From positions 576,001 through 640,000 of the forward strand of contig CAWECG010000003.1 of assembly GCA_963807605.1 (NCBI GenBank): DNA of 64,000 bases, in the 5' to 3' direction. The notes beneath the pieces are model-generated. The model made no database searches and was not told where the DNA came from. It worked only from the letters and a program-made list of their open reading frames with translations. Source of the DNA: Candidatus Bathyarchaeota archaeon. Its GTDB lineage: Archaea > Thermoproteota > Bathyarchaeia > 40CM-2-53-6 > RBG-13-38-9. The first letter of the stretch is position 1, and the number at the start of each line of letters is the position of its first letter. This document shows positions 49,325 through 60,278 of the stretch, piece by piece. The translations under genes and the position numbers were made by a program.

Positions 49325-50281
49325 TCAAATGTAGAGCTCAGCATTCGTTTTGACTTCTTTTATGAAGTCGCTGATCGTCTCATTGAGGGTGTATCTTCTT
49401 CTCCAACCCCATTCATTAGCAGCATCTGACTCATCGATCTTCTGAGCCCAGCTCTTTACTATTCGCGTCTTCTCTGGATCCGGCTTGAAGAAGACCTTCG
49501 CGTCTGGAATACTCTTCTTGACCAGATTTGTGATTTCTCCAGCCGTAGGCAGGTCTCCCGCAATGCAGTAGACTCTGGACTTCATCTTGTCAGTTGGAGC
49601 CTCATGAAGCTGTGTTAGGCACCGAAGTGCGTCTTTGTAGTACAGGATTGAGCAGACCGTATCCTCTGAGACGAAGACTTCATAGGGTCTGCCAAGCGCC
49701 GGTTCTTGGATCATCAATGATGTGTATGCGGACAGACCGCCTAAGCCTCGTCCAGGCCCTATGATGGAGGGAAACCTTACAGCTCTGAAGTCAAGTCCAA
49801 ATTTCTTGTTGAAATATTCACCTAGGCGTTCGCCACAGACTTTGGTGACGCCATACATCGAGTGTGGTCGCTGAGGGGAGTTGTTGGTGATTGTTTCTGT
49901 TTGACCGAGACTGTAAGTGGCAACCGAACTGATGAAGCTCACTTTCCTGACGTTAAACAGGATCGCCGCCTCAAGCACATTGAAGGTTCCGTTTATGTTA
50001 ACCATATAGGCTCCCAGTGGATTTGCCTCACAAGTCTCAGAGGTCAACGCGCCAGTGTGGAAGATCTCATCCACATCATTGCGTTTTACTGCATCCAATA
50101 CTTCGGGCCAAGAGGAGATGTCCCCTCTCGCAAACCTGACTTTCGAACCTAGTTTGGCTAAGTCTTGATACTTCCTCGGTGGGGCGACATCAAATAGTAC
50201 AACATCTCTGCCTTTCTCAACGAGTCCCTTGGCAATATTCCATCCTATGAAGCCGGTCCCACCGGTAATCATTGTAGTCAA
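49325..50281 (-). CDS. Extended SDR paralog
   Basis: TGGTGFIG, YGVTK, GLDFRAVRFP. Confidence 0.88.
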   Translation of the reverse strand: MTTMITGGTGFIGWNIAKGLVEKGRDVVLFDVAPPRKYQDLAKLGSKVRFARGDISSWPEVLDAVKRNDVDEIFHTGALTSETCEANPLGAYMVNINGTFNVLEAAILFNVRKVSFISSVATYSLGQTETITNNSPQRPHSMYGVTKVCGERLGEYFNKKFGLDFRAVRFPSIIGPGRGLGGLSAYTSLMIQEPALGRPYEVFVSEDTVCSILYYKDALRCLTQLHEAPTDKMKSRVYCIAGDLPTAGEITNLVKKSIPDAKVFFKPDPEKTRIVKSWAQKIDESDAANEWGWRRRYTLNETISDFIKEVKTNAELYI

Positions 50282-50519
50282 GTGTATGCGCCTCTAGTAC
50301 ACTGTGTAGGATGGTTTTTCGCATTAATTATGCTTATGTAACTATGTGGCGCACCTGAAAGAAGAACGTCTCCAGCCCACTGAAACCATCATAGCGTCAG
50401 TTAGCGTGTAACAGCCACAAGGTCCCACAATCCGAACCCTTGAAAGCTAACTTTTTCGGTAACAGTCCGAAGCGGGAATGCAGAATCAACTATTGGTGCG
50501 TCATTGAGCTTTCAAAAGC

Positions 50520-51473
50520 CTAATTTGTCAATTCACGTTGCTCTCTTGCTCTAGCCAATCCTGTTGTCAGTTCCTTTATGGTCTGGGCTGAATGGCTTTG
50601 GGGATAAGAAAAAACCATATACCGAACGCCGAGCCTCTCAAGTTCATCGACGTATTTGGGTAGCTCATTTTGCCTCTTGAGTATGGAGAATCTATCGGTA
50701 ATTCCTGAGGGAATCGACTTTAGAACAGATCCGTCGATAGGTCTTGTATTGAGCTCTCTTCTTAAAGGCTCAAGGGTTTCCAACAATGAGAATTCTCTCA
50801 GGACCTCGTTTGACGCTCCCAGAGCTACCGCGGCTGAAGCAAATTGGAGTATCCGGTAGATCTCTGGCTTGTACCTTTCATACACGTATGATGGCGCATA
50901 AACACCAAGTGAGCCAAGCCTCTCACCGCCAACCTCTCTGATTACATTCAGAGCCCATTCGACCATTTCAGGAGATGAGTAATTTAGGAGAACTCCATCA
51001 AAAGAGGACGCGATCCTGAGGAGTCTCGGACCTTGAGCTCCAAGCCATATCTTGCATTGAATATCACGGCTCGCGAGGATGTCGGAGATCTCTCGTCTTG
51101 AATTAACTAGGTATTGGGGTATGTCCTTGTAAGTGTCAAGATCGATGCCGACTCGCCTAAGTTCGTCTCTGTCTCCAGGACCTATGCAGAGGTCAAAACG
51201 TCCACCGTAAGATTCTATCAATGTGATCAGGGAGCTTGCGATTTGTTGTGGCTTATGTAGGAAAGGGCTGATCAGGCCTAAGCCTATTCTGATCCTGGAG
51301 GTTGTTGACGCAATAGCGGAAGCGATGACTGGCGCGTATCTCTGACTGGGAAGATCCGACACCCAAATATAATCGAGTCCGAGGCGTTCGGCCTCAAGAC
51401 TCTTCGTTATGGAATTGGGTGCAGGGTCATTCACATTCAGGCTTAGGCCAAAATTCATGCTCTCTTTTTCCAA
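50520..51473 (-). CDS. LLM-class (Mer-like, probably F420) oxidoreductase
   Basis: AE.LG.D.IW, T.RI.IG, GGRF, GAQGPRLL..A..FDG. Confidence 0.82.
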   Translation of the reverse strand: MEKESMNFGLSLNVNDPAPNSITKSLEAERLGLDYIWVSDLPSQRYAPVIASAIASTTSRIRIGLGLISPFLHKPQQIASSLITLIESYGGRFDLCIGPGDRDELRRVGIDLDTYKDIPQYLVNSRREISDILASRDIQCKIWLGAQGPRLLRIASSFDGVLLNYSSPEMVEWALNVIREVGGERLGSLGVYAPSYVYERYKPEIYRILQFASAAVALGASNEVLREFSLLETLEPLRRELNTRPIDGSVLKSIPSGITDRFSILKRQNELPKYVDELERLGVRYMVFSYPQSHSAQTIKELTTGLARAREQRELTN

Positions 51474-52438
51474 ACCTTCGCGACCTCCTCTATAGCATCC
51501 CGTTGGTCCCTTCCGTACGGAGGGCCGAAAACTACCTCGTCAACCCCAAGCTTGGAATAGTCGAGGAAGCTATCACAGATGCTTTCAGCATCCCCGCTTA
51601 TGCAGAACTGGTCGACCAACCGATCACTAACATTCTTTGCCGCGCCTTCGATTCCAGACCTTTTCATCTCAGCTCGGATTGTGTTAACCTCATTCTCAGC
51701 AATTCCACCCATTTCAAGAACTGAGTCAGGTGTGTCAGCCGCAACAATTGCTACGGTCTTCTTGACTATCTCTAAGTTGCTTCTGTCGTGTAGAAGGATC
51801 GTCGGATTCCAAAGGCAGAAACAGAATCTGGAGCGGTTGAGTCCTAAAGCTTCGCGTCTGGCCAAGACTAGCTTGATTGATTCTTCGATGTATCTCTTCG
51901 GACCGCTAAGAATAAGGCCGTCTGAGATGTCGGCTGCCAAGGCTAAGAGCTTCGGGCCTCTGACCCCCATGAAGATTGGGATCTCTTCTGCATTGGCGAA
52001 TTTCGGCTTATAGTCCCTCAGACCGTATTCCCCATTGCTTAAAGGTACGTCCTGACCCCGCCATACTGACCTTAAGAGCTCAACCGTTCTCCTCATCAAC
52101 TCTACAGGTTTCTCTATTCGAATTCCCATTCTGGCAAGATCCTGGATGCCGCCCACCCCTAAGCCGAGCCTGAACCTACTTGGTGATATCTCATTAAGCG
52201 TCACTGCAGCTCTTGCTACTGTTGTTATGTTTCGGATGAGCGGGCTGGTCACACCAATTCCCACTTTCAATCTTTTAGTCTTTAGCAGTAGTAGGCTGAC
52301 TGCGGTGAAGATCTCCTGAGGCCGACCTATGTCTTCTCCTACCCAGCTCCCGTAGAAGCCTAGGTTGTCGGCTCTTTCAGCAACCCACCTTATCTTATTG
52401 ACAGAGGCGCTAGTGGTCAGACCTACACTCAAGTTCAT
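51455..52438 (-). CDS. LLM-class (Mer-like, probably F420) oxidoreductase
   Basis: GVTSP..R, RFRLGLG.G, IPIFMG..GPK.L, GPPYG. Confidence 0.88.
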   Translation of the reverse strand: MNLSVGLTTSASVNKIRWVAERADNLGFYGSWVGEDIGRPQEIFTAVSLLLLKTKRLKVGIGVTSPLIRNITTVARAAVTLNEISPSRFRLGLGVGGIQDLARMGIRIEKPVELMRRTVELLRSVWRGQDVPLSNGEYGLRDYKPKFANAEEIPIFMGVRGPKLLALAADISDGLILSGPKRYIEESIKLVLARREALGLNRSRFCFCLWNPTILLHDRSNLEIVKKTVAIVAADTPDSVLEMGGIAENEVNTIRAEMKRSGIEGAAKNVSDRLVDQFCISGDAESICDSFLDYSKLGVDEVVFGPPYGRDQRDAIEEVAKVWKKRA

Positions 52439-52455
52439 TGCTGCCAGATGCCTAT

Positions 52456-52812
52456 TCAGTATGAGTAAGCTTCTATGGGGTTGCTCAGAAGTGGCTTCAG
52501 TTTCTCCCAAGCTTTCTCGAAGGTGTCAAAGTACCACCATTCATCATTTCCGCCCACAAAGTAGGTCTTTTTGGTTGGGTCGAGAATTCTATCGCATATG
52601 TTGATGCAATACCTGCTTCCTGACTTCGCTACGAAGATGAAGCCGCCATTTTTGAATCCCTTAACATCTCCAACTATTCTTATTCCCTCGTCCAGATCCA
52701 TCCCCTGCATTAGGGAGGTTAGGGCTTCAAGACTCTCTATCCTGCGCTCAGAATATGGTAAGAGCCTCTTTCCGTGAATATGAGTCGTATGCTTGTCGTC
52801 TGACAATTCCAT
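52456..52812 (-). CDS. Hypothetical protein
   Basis: ORF co-oriented upstream of the LLM pair. Confidence 0.55.
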   Translation of the reverse strand: MELSDDKHTTHIHGKRLLPYSERRIESLEALTSLMQGMDLDEGIRIVGDVKGFKNGGFIFVAKSGSRYCINICDRILDPTKKTYFVGGNDEWWYFDTFEKAWEKLKPLLSNPIEAYSY

Positions 52813-52868
52813 GCAACTTGTATTTTTTGTACAGACCATACTCATAAACTATGATCGAAACAAGAAAT

Positions 52869-53102
52869 GCGCGCGTGGTGTTGTAAATATCGGCATGGAC
52901 GCGAGCATCATAGATTGCGGAAATACCGCCTCGAAGTTCTTTTCCACACGAGGTTTGCGCTGACTATGGAATTATGAATACTGAGAACTTGTGCAACCTA
53001 AACAAGGTAGCGGGAAAACGGTTCACCTACGTTGGTTTACCTCTAAAGATCCGCGGAGGGACCGGCTCACCCATACGCGCCGTAGCACTCCTAGAAACAT
53101 AA
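52869..53102 (+). pseudogene. C-terminal fragment of a cyclase/kynurenine formamidase family gene
   Basis: GVVNIGMD...HEVC..YGIMNTENLCNL...GLPLKIRGGTGSPIRAVA*; frameshifted; begins at GCGCGCG. Confidence 0.85.
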
Positions 53103-53774
53103 TTGTTTAGAGCAAAGCTAATGCGAAATGGAAGACCACGTATTAGTGACCTTCCAAACTTCTTTTTCCAGAAGTCTCTGACTCACGATAGCAGGGTCAT
53201 TCCTATTGGTGGCAACAACTGAGGAAACCAAAGCTTCATGTACCAAATGAGTAGGCATAGTAGCATTTCAGATAAAGGAAATCCCTTGCTTCATGTCCAA
53301 GGATGGATGAATGAGCGATGCTATGTGACAACTGCGTACACACTAGGGCTTACTGCCCGAGAGGGATAACAGCACCTAAAGAAGTCGACCAATGCCATTA
53401 CTACATAGCACAAATCATTGAGGTCAATGAATCACTAGAATCGTCACAACAATACTCTGCGCCACAAACAGATGACCCACTCACCCGCTAACGTCGCAGG
53501 GGCCGGTAACGGATTTAGTAACAGTCTGAAGCGTGACTTAACATGAAAGACTGCGACGCGCGCGCAAAGACACTGACAGAAATCAGAAGAATGACCTACA
53601 CTTTCATTCTGTGAAGGTTTGAGTACATCATTCTAGCCGCTGAGCCAACTGATGACGAGATTATTTTAGAGGCAACTCGCTGCTAATCGATGAGTTCATC
53701 AGCTAGGTGTGAAGGGCCTGATAGCGGGAAGACTTTAAAATACCACCAGCGAACGGAACTTTGCCTGCGACGAG

Positions 53775-54653
53775 TTGACTGGTATGAGAAACAAATTGGT
53801 AAGCCTGAGGGAAGCAGCCAACAACATCAAGGACAAGGATAGAGTCGTAATTGGCGGATTGACTATTCACAGAAAACCGATGAGTCTAATTCATGAACTT
53901 GTTAGACTGAAAAAGAAAGGGCTGAAGCTTCTGACTCTCGGCGGTGGCCCCGACATAGACTTGCTGATTGCTTCAGGAGCAGTTGACACTGTCGAGGCTG
54001 CCTATGTGGGCTTCGAGATCCTTGGTTTCGCGCCCAACTTCAGAAAGGCTGTAGAGTCTAGAGAGGTCAGGTTCACTGAACATACAGAGTATTCCATTAT
54101 GGCGGGCCTGCAAGCCAGCGTATTTGAGGCGGAGTTCATACCGAGCAAGATCCTGATTGGAACCGATCTTCTGAAGGGACTAGGCTACACGACCTTCAAG
54201 AGCCCCCTCTCAGGAGAATTACTCGTCGCCTATCCCAGAATAACACCTGACGTAGCGATCATCCACGTCCAGAGGTGCGATAAGTACGGCAACGCGGAGC
54301 TTGAAGGGATAACCGCCATCGATTTTCAATTGGCCAAGGCAGCGAAAGAGGTCATAGTCACAGCCGAAGAGATTGTTCCTGTCAAAGAACTTATGAAAGT
54401 CCCTGCGAGAACAAGTCTCGCCTCCACCTTTGTCGATTTCGTAGTTCATTCCCCTTACGGGGCTCATCCGACGAGCTGCTATCCTTACTATACCTACGAT
54501 CTCTGGCACTTGATCTCTTACATTGACTCCTCACGAAGCGGGAAGGTGGAAGATTACCTACAAAGATACATAAGAGGTGTGGAGTCCTTCGAGTCCTACC
54601 TTTCTGCGGTCGGAGAAAAGTCCATGAAAAGGTTGAGAATAAGGGTCGGGTGA
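53775..54653 (+). CDS. Family I CoA-transferase alpha subunit (GctA/IpdA-like)
   Basis: GG..HRKPM, PDVAIIHVQRCDKYGN, PYGAHPTSC..YY.YD. Confidence 0.88.
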   Translation: MTGMRNKLVSLREAANNIKDKDRVVIGGLTIHRKPMSLIHELVRLKKKGLKLLTLGGGPDIDLLIASGAVDTVEAAYVGFEILGFAPNFRKAVESREVRFTEHTEYSIMAGLQASVFEAEFIPSKILIGTDLLKGLGYTTFKSPLSGELLVAYPRITPDVAIIHVQRCDKYGNAELEGITAIDFQLAKAAKEVIVTAEEIVPVKELMKVPARTSLASTFVDFVVHSPYGAHPTSCYPYYTYDLWHLISYIDSSRSGKVEDYLQRYIRGVESFESYLSAVGEKSMKRLRIRVG

Positions 54654-55492
54654 TGGGATTGAGCGACTTTACGTATGATGAGTTGATGATCGTCTGCATG
54701 GCTCGGGAGGTTCGAAACGGGGACTTGGCAATTCAGGGACTGACAACGCCCATGGCCATTATCGCGTACTACCTAGCCAGAGCGACACACGCACCGGATG
54801 CCTCGATTATGCAACTGGCAGGAAATATTCTGATTCATTCTGATGAGCCTCTTATAGTCTCGATACTTTACAACGAGCTCAGAGCGATGAGAACTGCCGT
54901 GCACTTCGGACCGCAAACAGAGGTCTACGAGGCGATATTCAAGAAGGCGAAATCCATTGTAGAATTCTTCAGGCCTGCCCAGATCGACATGCATGGAAAT
55001 ACAAACAACTCATTCATCGGGAGAGAGAAATCCAGACTTAGACTCCCAGGAGGATTCGGGATTCCAGATGTATCTGCAATCTACCCAAGAACCCTATATT
55101 ACTGCCCCCGACACGAGAAGAGAGTCTTTGTTGAACACGTCGACTATGTAGGCGGCTTAGGATTGAACAAGGGTGAAGTTCCAGAGAGCCATAGGGAGAT
55201 CCATGTCGTATCCGAACTTGGAGTCTTCAAAGTCGAGCCTGAGATGACAGGAATGATGGTATCAAGCATTCATCCCGGAGTCGACCTTGAACAGATAAAG
55301 GAGAATACGGGATTTGAAATGCTACTTCCAAGCGTGGTTCCCCAGACAGTTCCTCCAACTGACTTGGAACTGAAGCTCATTCGAGAGAAGATAGATCCGT
55401 TGAATGTCAGACGACTTGAACTACTCGCTGGCGGTGAGCGAACGAAAGCCTTACTGGAGTTGTTAGAGAAGGAGCTGGCTTCGCCCAGATAG
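54650..55492 (+). CDS. Family I CoA-transferase beta subunit (GctB/IpdB-like)
   Basis: AQIDMHGN.N, RLPG..G, HPGV....ENTGF, IDP. Confidence 0.88.
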   Translation: MMGLSDFTYDELMIVCMAREVRNGDLAIQGLTTPMAIIAYYLARATHAPDASIMQLAGNILIHSDEPLIVSILYNELRAMRTAVHFGPQTEVYEAIFKKAKSIVEFFRPAQIDMHGNTNNSFIGREKSRLRLPGGFGIPDVSAIYPRTLYYCPRHEKRVFVEHVDYVGGLGLNKGEVPESHREIHVVSELGVFKVEPEMTGMMVSSIHPGVDLEQIKENTGFEMLLPSVVPQTVPPTDLELKLIREKIDPLNVRRLELLAGGERTKALLELLEKELASPR

Positions 55493-55557
55493 TTCCTGAC
55501 GAGTAACATGCTTTGCAGAGGCGTTCACACTTTGGAAACAGTGAGGCGAGGAGAATA

Positions 55558-56379
55558 ATGGTGCAGGTTGCAGTTGTTAAGGGTGAAAGGTCTTTAGAGA
55601 CCGTTAGGAAGGCACTCAGCGCTTTCGATATCCAAAGCAGGTTAGCTGGCAAACCTGTACTAATAAAGGTAAATTTCATAACGACCAAGACATGGGAGAC
55701 AGGAGCAACAACCGACCCGATTATTGTAGAAGCATTGATCCAAGAAATCGGAAAGTTCAACGATAGGATATACGTTGTGGAGTCTGATGCGACCGTTACA
55801 AGGGTCGACCGGGCCGCCGAAGTCACTGGAATGTTGGAATTATGTCAGAGATATGGTATTTCATTCATAAACTTGAGCAAACTAAAGGAGAAGGTGACCG
55901 TCAAGATTCCCGATCACGAAACCTTGGACAAGATTACTGTTCCAAAACTCGTCTTGGAGAGCCACATTGTGAATGCTGCGAAGATGAAGACTCACGGGGA
56001 CACAACCGTCACCTTGGGCCTTAAGAATATGTTTGGATTGTTACCGGATAGATTCAAGGGCAAATACCACATCAAGGGTATCGGGAAGGTAATAGTAGAC
56101 ATAAACACTGTAATCAAACCCTCATTCGTGATCATCGACGGATTTGTGGCGATGGAAGGGAGTGGACCGGTCAGCGGGGATCCTGTAAAGATGGATCTGG
56201 TGCTGGCGGGTGAAGATGTTGTTGCAACAGATGCGACAGCAGCCAGAGTGATGGGGTTTGATCCGAAAAGGATCTTCCACATAAGGCGTTCTTACGAGAA
56301 GGGACTTGGAGAGATTGATCAGATTCAAGTTGTTGGAGAAAGATTGGAAGACGTAAAGAGAATCTTCAAACCACCATGA
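55558..56379 (+). CDS. DUF362 family protein
   Basis: VLIK.N, TTDP, KMKTH, LGLKNMFG, MEGSGP, D.VATD. Confidence 0.88.
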   Translation: MVQVAVVKGERSLETVRKALSAFDIQSRLAGKPVLIKVNFITTKTWETGATTDPIIVEALIQEIGKFNDRIYVVESDATVTRVDRAAEVTGMLELCQRYGISFINLSKLKEKVTVKIPDHETLDKITVPKLVLESHIVNAAKMKTHGDTTVTLGLKNMFGLLPDRFKGKYHIKGIGKVIVDINTVIKPSFVIIDGFVAMEGSGPVSGDPVKMDLVLAGEDVVATDATAARVMGFDPKRIFHIRRSYEKGLGEIDQIQVVGERLEDVKRIFKPP

Positions 56380-56427
56380 TCGGTGAATGGCGGTCTACCG
56401 AAAGCTTCTGGAAGAGAATTTGTGCAT

Positions 56428-57804
56428 CTAGTGATGGGTTTCAGTTAAGAGTTCGTGATGTTTAACTAATGCGTAAAGTGCTGCTACAGCTCTTTCCGGA
56501 GATGAGAAAACGGGGATCCCCATTGAGTGCATCCTTGCTTTCTCGGAATCTTCAACTTCAGCGCCACCAACGTAGCAGACGACCACTGGTTTATCGGTCT
56601 TTCCCACGACGTTTTTCACTGCATCCGCGGCACGAGGAAGGGGATCTGCAAAGATCGGGATGAATGCGTTGATATTATTATCACCAAGATTCTCTTGCAT
56701 CACCAACTGGAACATCTCGGACGTAGTAGTGGTCAAATCGAGCGGGTTACCAATAATACAGCGACTTGGAAGGAGTCTGTGCAATCGTTCCTCTGTACTT
56801 TTGGATATCCGCGGAAGCTCTAGTCTCAGCTTGTCAAGCAGATCTGCGGCGAGAATACCGGCGCCGCCTGAGGATGTTATAACGAGTACTCCTCGACCTT
56901 TGGGCGTCGGCAAGAATGAAAGGGCTTTCGTGAAGTCGTAGAGCTCTTCGAGGCTGCTCGCACTCATGATGCCCGACTGCTTCAATGCCGCTTCGAAGAT
57001 TTCACTGCTCCCCGACAACGATTTTGTATGCGAAGCCGCCGCCCTGATACCTAATTCAGTCCTGCCCCCCTTCAGAATCACAATAGGCTTCTTCTCGGCG
57101 ACTTTTGATGCGACTTCAATGAATTTTCTTCCATCTTCTATGCCTTCAACATACATTGCTATTGCTTTGGTGTGAGGGTCGTCTGCCAGATATGGAAGCA
57201 GATCTATCTCGTTCACATCAATTCGGTTTCCAAGAGAGATGCACTTGCTTACACCGATATCTTCTTTCTCGGCCCAACACTCAAGGGCTGTGCCAACCAG
57301 ACCGCTCTGAGTTATTATTCCAATGGGCCCCCTCTTCCTAACCCGAACCCACATGGACATTCCAGCATAGGGATTGTCTACACCAATGCAGTTCGGGCCT
57401 ACCACACGGATTCCTGTCTCGCGAATAATATTGATTAGAGCCTTCTCCAGTTCTTCACCCTCTTTTCCTATTTCGCGAAAACCGCCAGAAATGATAACTG
57501 CAGACTTTACCCTCTTCCGACCGCATTGTCTCAATATTTCTGGGACGAAGGTCGATGGCACAACGACCACTGTCAGATCCACAGCGTCGGAAATGTGCTC
57601 AAGAGAGGCGTATGTCTGAAGGGAGAGAATCTCTTCTACATTAGGATTAACTGGAAATATCTTGCCTCTGAATCCTGATTCAATAATATTTTTGAGAATT
57701 AGGTACCCTGTTTTTTCCGGATCTCTAGATGCACCAACGATGGCAATAGATTTCGGTTCAAAAATGGCTCTTATCGCTTCGTCATTCATGCGACTGCTCT
57801 CCAT
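56428..57804 (-). CDS. ADP-forming acyl-CoA synthetase alpha subunit
   Basis: GPNCIG, QSG, ASHT, SGGAG, NPLD. Confidence 0.9.
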   Translation of the reverse strand: MESSRMNDEAIRAIFEPKSIAIVGASRDPEKTGYLILKNIIESGFRGKIFPVNPNVEEILSLQTYASLEHISDAVDLTVVVVPSTFVPEILRQCGRKRVKSAVIISGGFREIGKEGEELEKALINIIRETGIRVVGPNCIGVDNPYAGMSMWVRVRKRGPIGIITQSGLVGTALECWAEKEDIGVSKCISLGNRIDVNEIDLLPYLADDPHTKAIAMYVEGIEDGRKFIEVASKVAEKKPIVILKGGRTELGIRAAASHTKSLSGSSEIFEAALKQSGIMSASSLEELYDFTKALSFLPTPKGRGVLVITSSGGAGILAADLLDKLRLELPRISKSTEERLHRLLPSRCIIGNPLDLTTTTSEMFQLVMQENLGDNNINAFIPIFADPLPRAADAVKNVVGKTDKPVVVCYVGGAEVEDSEKARMHSMGIPVFSSPERAVAALYALVKHHELLTETHH

Positions 57805-57813
57805 CGATTGAGT

Positions 57814-58815
57814 CTACATACTTCTAGCTCGAGCAACCAAGTATTGGGCAAATTCTCTTACTCCCTTTCCTACGGAGTATTGAGGTCCGTATCCAAGTTC
57901 TTGCTGAGCCTTTGTCAAATTGCCCGGTCCTCTGATTGGCGTCTGCTTGGAGATCATGGGCCAGTAACCGGGTCCGACGTGAATCTGGGCATCTGGAATG
58001 GCCTCTTTCGCTGCCGCGGCAACCTCCCTGACAGTGACTAATCGTCCACCGTCAATGTTGAATACATCGTGTTTGGAGTTCCTAGTCTTGATTGACAGAA
58101 ATACGGCTTGAGAAAGATCCTTGACATAGGTGTAATTGATTGGATGGTCTCCACCCTGCTCCAAGATGAACGGTTGCTTCTTGACCACCCTATCGAGGAT
58201 GATGGAGACGGGGTTTTGAACAGTTATCTGTCCTGGCCCGTACACCCATGACGGCCTGAGAATTAAAGTGGACAAGCCGTAGAGTTGATTGAAGGACTTA
58301 ACGATTGTTTCCGCCATCATCTTGTGGGAAGCGTATATTCCACAGATCGATTGTGGGACTTCTTCCTCCTTTATCGGTGAAAGATCTTCGCAGTGGAGAT
58401 TGCCGTATACACTCTGTGAACTAACATAGATCAGACGTAAATCTCTCAGCCTTGAAGCTTCAGCTACATTCAAGGTTCCCTTGACATTGACCTCAAATGA
58501 ACCGGCTGGATCATTTCTACATGCGACCTCTGAGGGAATGGCGGCGGTATGAACTATCTCCGTAATGGAGTATTGATCGATTGTCCTTAGCAGATCGTCA
58601 AGTTTCCTTACATCGCCCTTTACAACAGGTGTTTGCCAGCCCTCGATGAAGTCTATTGGACGAGGACTAAGATCGGAACAGACAACATTAGCACCCTCAT
58701 CGGAAAGCTTCTTGGCGGTGTATGCTCCAACAAGACCTGTTCCTCCTGTTATCAGAATAGAAGATTTGGGTTCTGCAGCAATAGATCTTACCCGTTGGCT
58801 TGATTTTATCGACAA
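57814..58815 (-). CDS. NAD-dependent epimerase/dehydratase (extended SDR)
   Basis: TGGTGLVG, YASHK, VYGPG. Confidence 0.88.
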   Translation of the reverse strand: MSIKSSQRVRSIAAEPKSSILITGGTGLVGAYTAKKLSDEGANVVCSDLSPRPIDFIEGWQTPVVKGDVRKLDDLLRTIDQYSITEIVHTAAIPSEVACRNDPAGSFEVNVKGTLNVAEASRLRDLRLIYVSSQSVYGNLHCEDLSPIKEEEVPQSICGIYASHKMMAETIVKSFNQLYGLSTLILRPSWVYGPGQITVQNPVSIILDRVVKKQPFILEQGGDHPINYTYVKDLSQAVFLSIKTRNSKHDVFNIDGGRLVTVREVAAAAKEAIPDAQIHVGPGYWPMISKQTPIRGPGNLTKAQQELGYGPQYSVGKGVREFAQYLVARARSM

Positions 58816-58982
58816 TCTCCTCTATGTTCACATAATAGGTTAGCGCTCCAACGCAAACTGGGCCTTCTAGGTTTATGGCCCGACATGGTGGGCAGTTGCT
58901 ACAACCAGTCCCGACTGTCAGCCCGAATCTTCTTTTCCGTCCTGCTAATTCGAACGAGTTAAATAACAATGATTAGGGTTTA

Positions 58983-60176
58983 TTGCCCGGGAGTCAGGGA
59001 CGCGGTTTGGTTTCGAAAGTCTATTTCACTGATATGAGATCGAAGAAAGCTGACCAGGCGGTTACTAAGAAGATAAAGAACCTCTTTGATGCGTCTGCAA
59101 TCAAGGATGTCATATCGCAAGGCGACTTGGTCGCATTGAAGGTTCATTTCGGCACGGGTGAAAACCAAAGACATCTGAGGCCTGAGCACATTAGAGCCGT
59201 AGTCGAGAAGGTTCAGGAAGCCGGTGGTAAGCCCTTCGTTACAGAGACTACTGGGATGGGGTTAGCGGCAATCAGGGGAACGGCTTTAGGATGTATTAGG
59301 ACGGCTACTATGCACGGCTTCACCCAAGAAACCTTGGGCGCTCCGATAATCGTAGCAGACGGTCTGAAGGGGCTTTCAGGCGTCAAGGTAAAGATTAATG
59401 GAGTCAAGATGAAGCAGTTTGAGATAGCCCAGGCGATAGCCGAATCGGACGCGATGATATCGATCGCTCATGTGAAAGGCCATCCAAGAACAGGGCTTGG
59501 AGCAACCCTCAAGAACATTGGGATTGGATGCCTCACAAAAGTCGGTAAAGCGCCTCTGCACTTGGCAAAGAAACCATCGATAGACCAGAAAAAGTGCAAC
59601 AACTGTGGTTTGTGTCTTTCATTCTGTCCGAGTGGAGCCATTCGACGAACAAAGGGGAAACTGCAGATCATACAAGAGAAGTGCATTTTGGGATGCGGGT
59701 GTTGGGATATCTGTCCTGAGAAAGCAATCATGAGATGGAGTCAACTGCATCACCCGAGGAACAGGGAACTTGTTATCCGTAACGTCGATGCGGCTGCTGC
59801 CGTGATCAGACTTCTCGGGAGAGATAAGCTGGCATATTTCAACTTGGCATATGATATAACTCCACACTGCGACTGTGCTGACTACGGTGACGTCCCGATG
59901 GTACCTGATATAGGCGTGTTCGCATCGAAGGATCCTGTTGCTATTGACAGAGCGAGCTCTGACGCTATCATCAATGCTCCAGGGATCAAAGGATCCGCTG
60001 CAGAGGAGATAGGTGCTATGAACCCCGGAGAAGATAAGTTCGCTAAACTATCTGACTGGCAACCCTTTGAAATCTTCAAGAATACCGATCAAACAAGAGA
60101 GTGGAGAACTCAGCTAGAGATCGGGGAAAGGCTAGGTCTCGGAACGCAAAAATACAAACTGATACCAATAGAGTAA
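58983..60176 (+). CDS. DUF362 protein with inserted 2[4Fe-4S] ferredoxin domain
   Basis: KVHFG, HVKGH, CNNCGLCLSFCP, C..CGC..ICP, CDC, DPVAID. Confidence 0.9.
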   Translation: MPGSQGRGLVSKVYFTDMRSKKADQAVTKKIKNLFDASAIKDVISQGDLVALKVHFGTGENQRHLRPEHIRAVVEKVQEAGGKPFVTETTGMGLAAIRGTALGCIRTATMHGFTQETLGAPIIVADGLKGLSGVKVKINGVKMKQFEIAQAIAESDAMISIAHVKGHPRTGLGATLKNIGIGCLTKVGKAPLHLAKKPSIDQKKCNNCGLCLSFCPSGAIRRTKGKLQIIQEKCILGCGCWDICPEKAIMRWSQLHHPRNRELVIRNVDAAAAVIRLLGRDKLAYFNLAYDITPHCDCADYGDVPMVPDIGVFASKDPVAIDRASSDAIINAPGIKGSAAEEIGAMNPGEDKFAKLSDWQPFEIFKNTDQTREWRTQLEIGERLGLGTQKYKLIPIE

Positions 60177-60278
60177 GAGATTGCACACAAGTTCCATTGA
60201 TCCCTTCTCTCTCGCGTGCGCGTACTGTTTTCTCTCAAAAAATCTAAACATGCGTTAGAATCGGGATTGTCGGTTCAC

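Noticed and set aside
53650-53705. Hammerhead ribozyme (CTGATGA followed by a CGAG/CTCG stem)
   Set aside because: The required GAAA and closing stems are absent.
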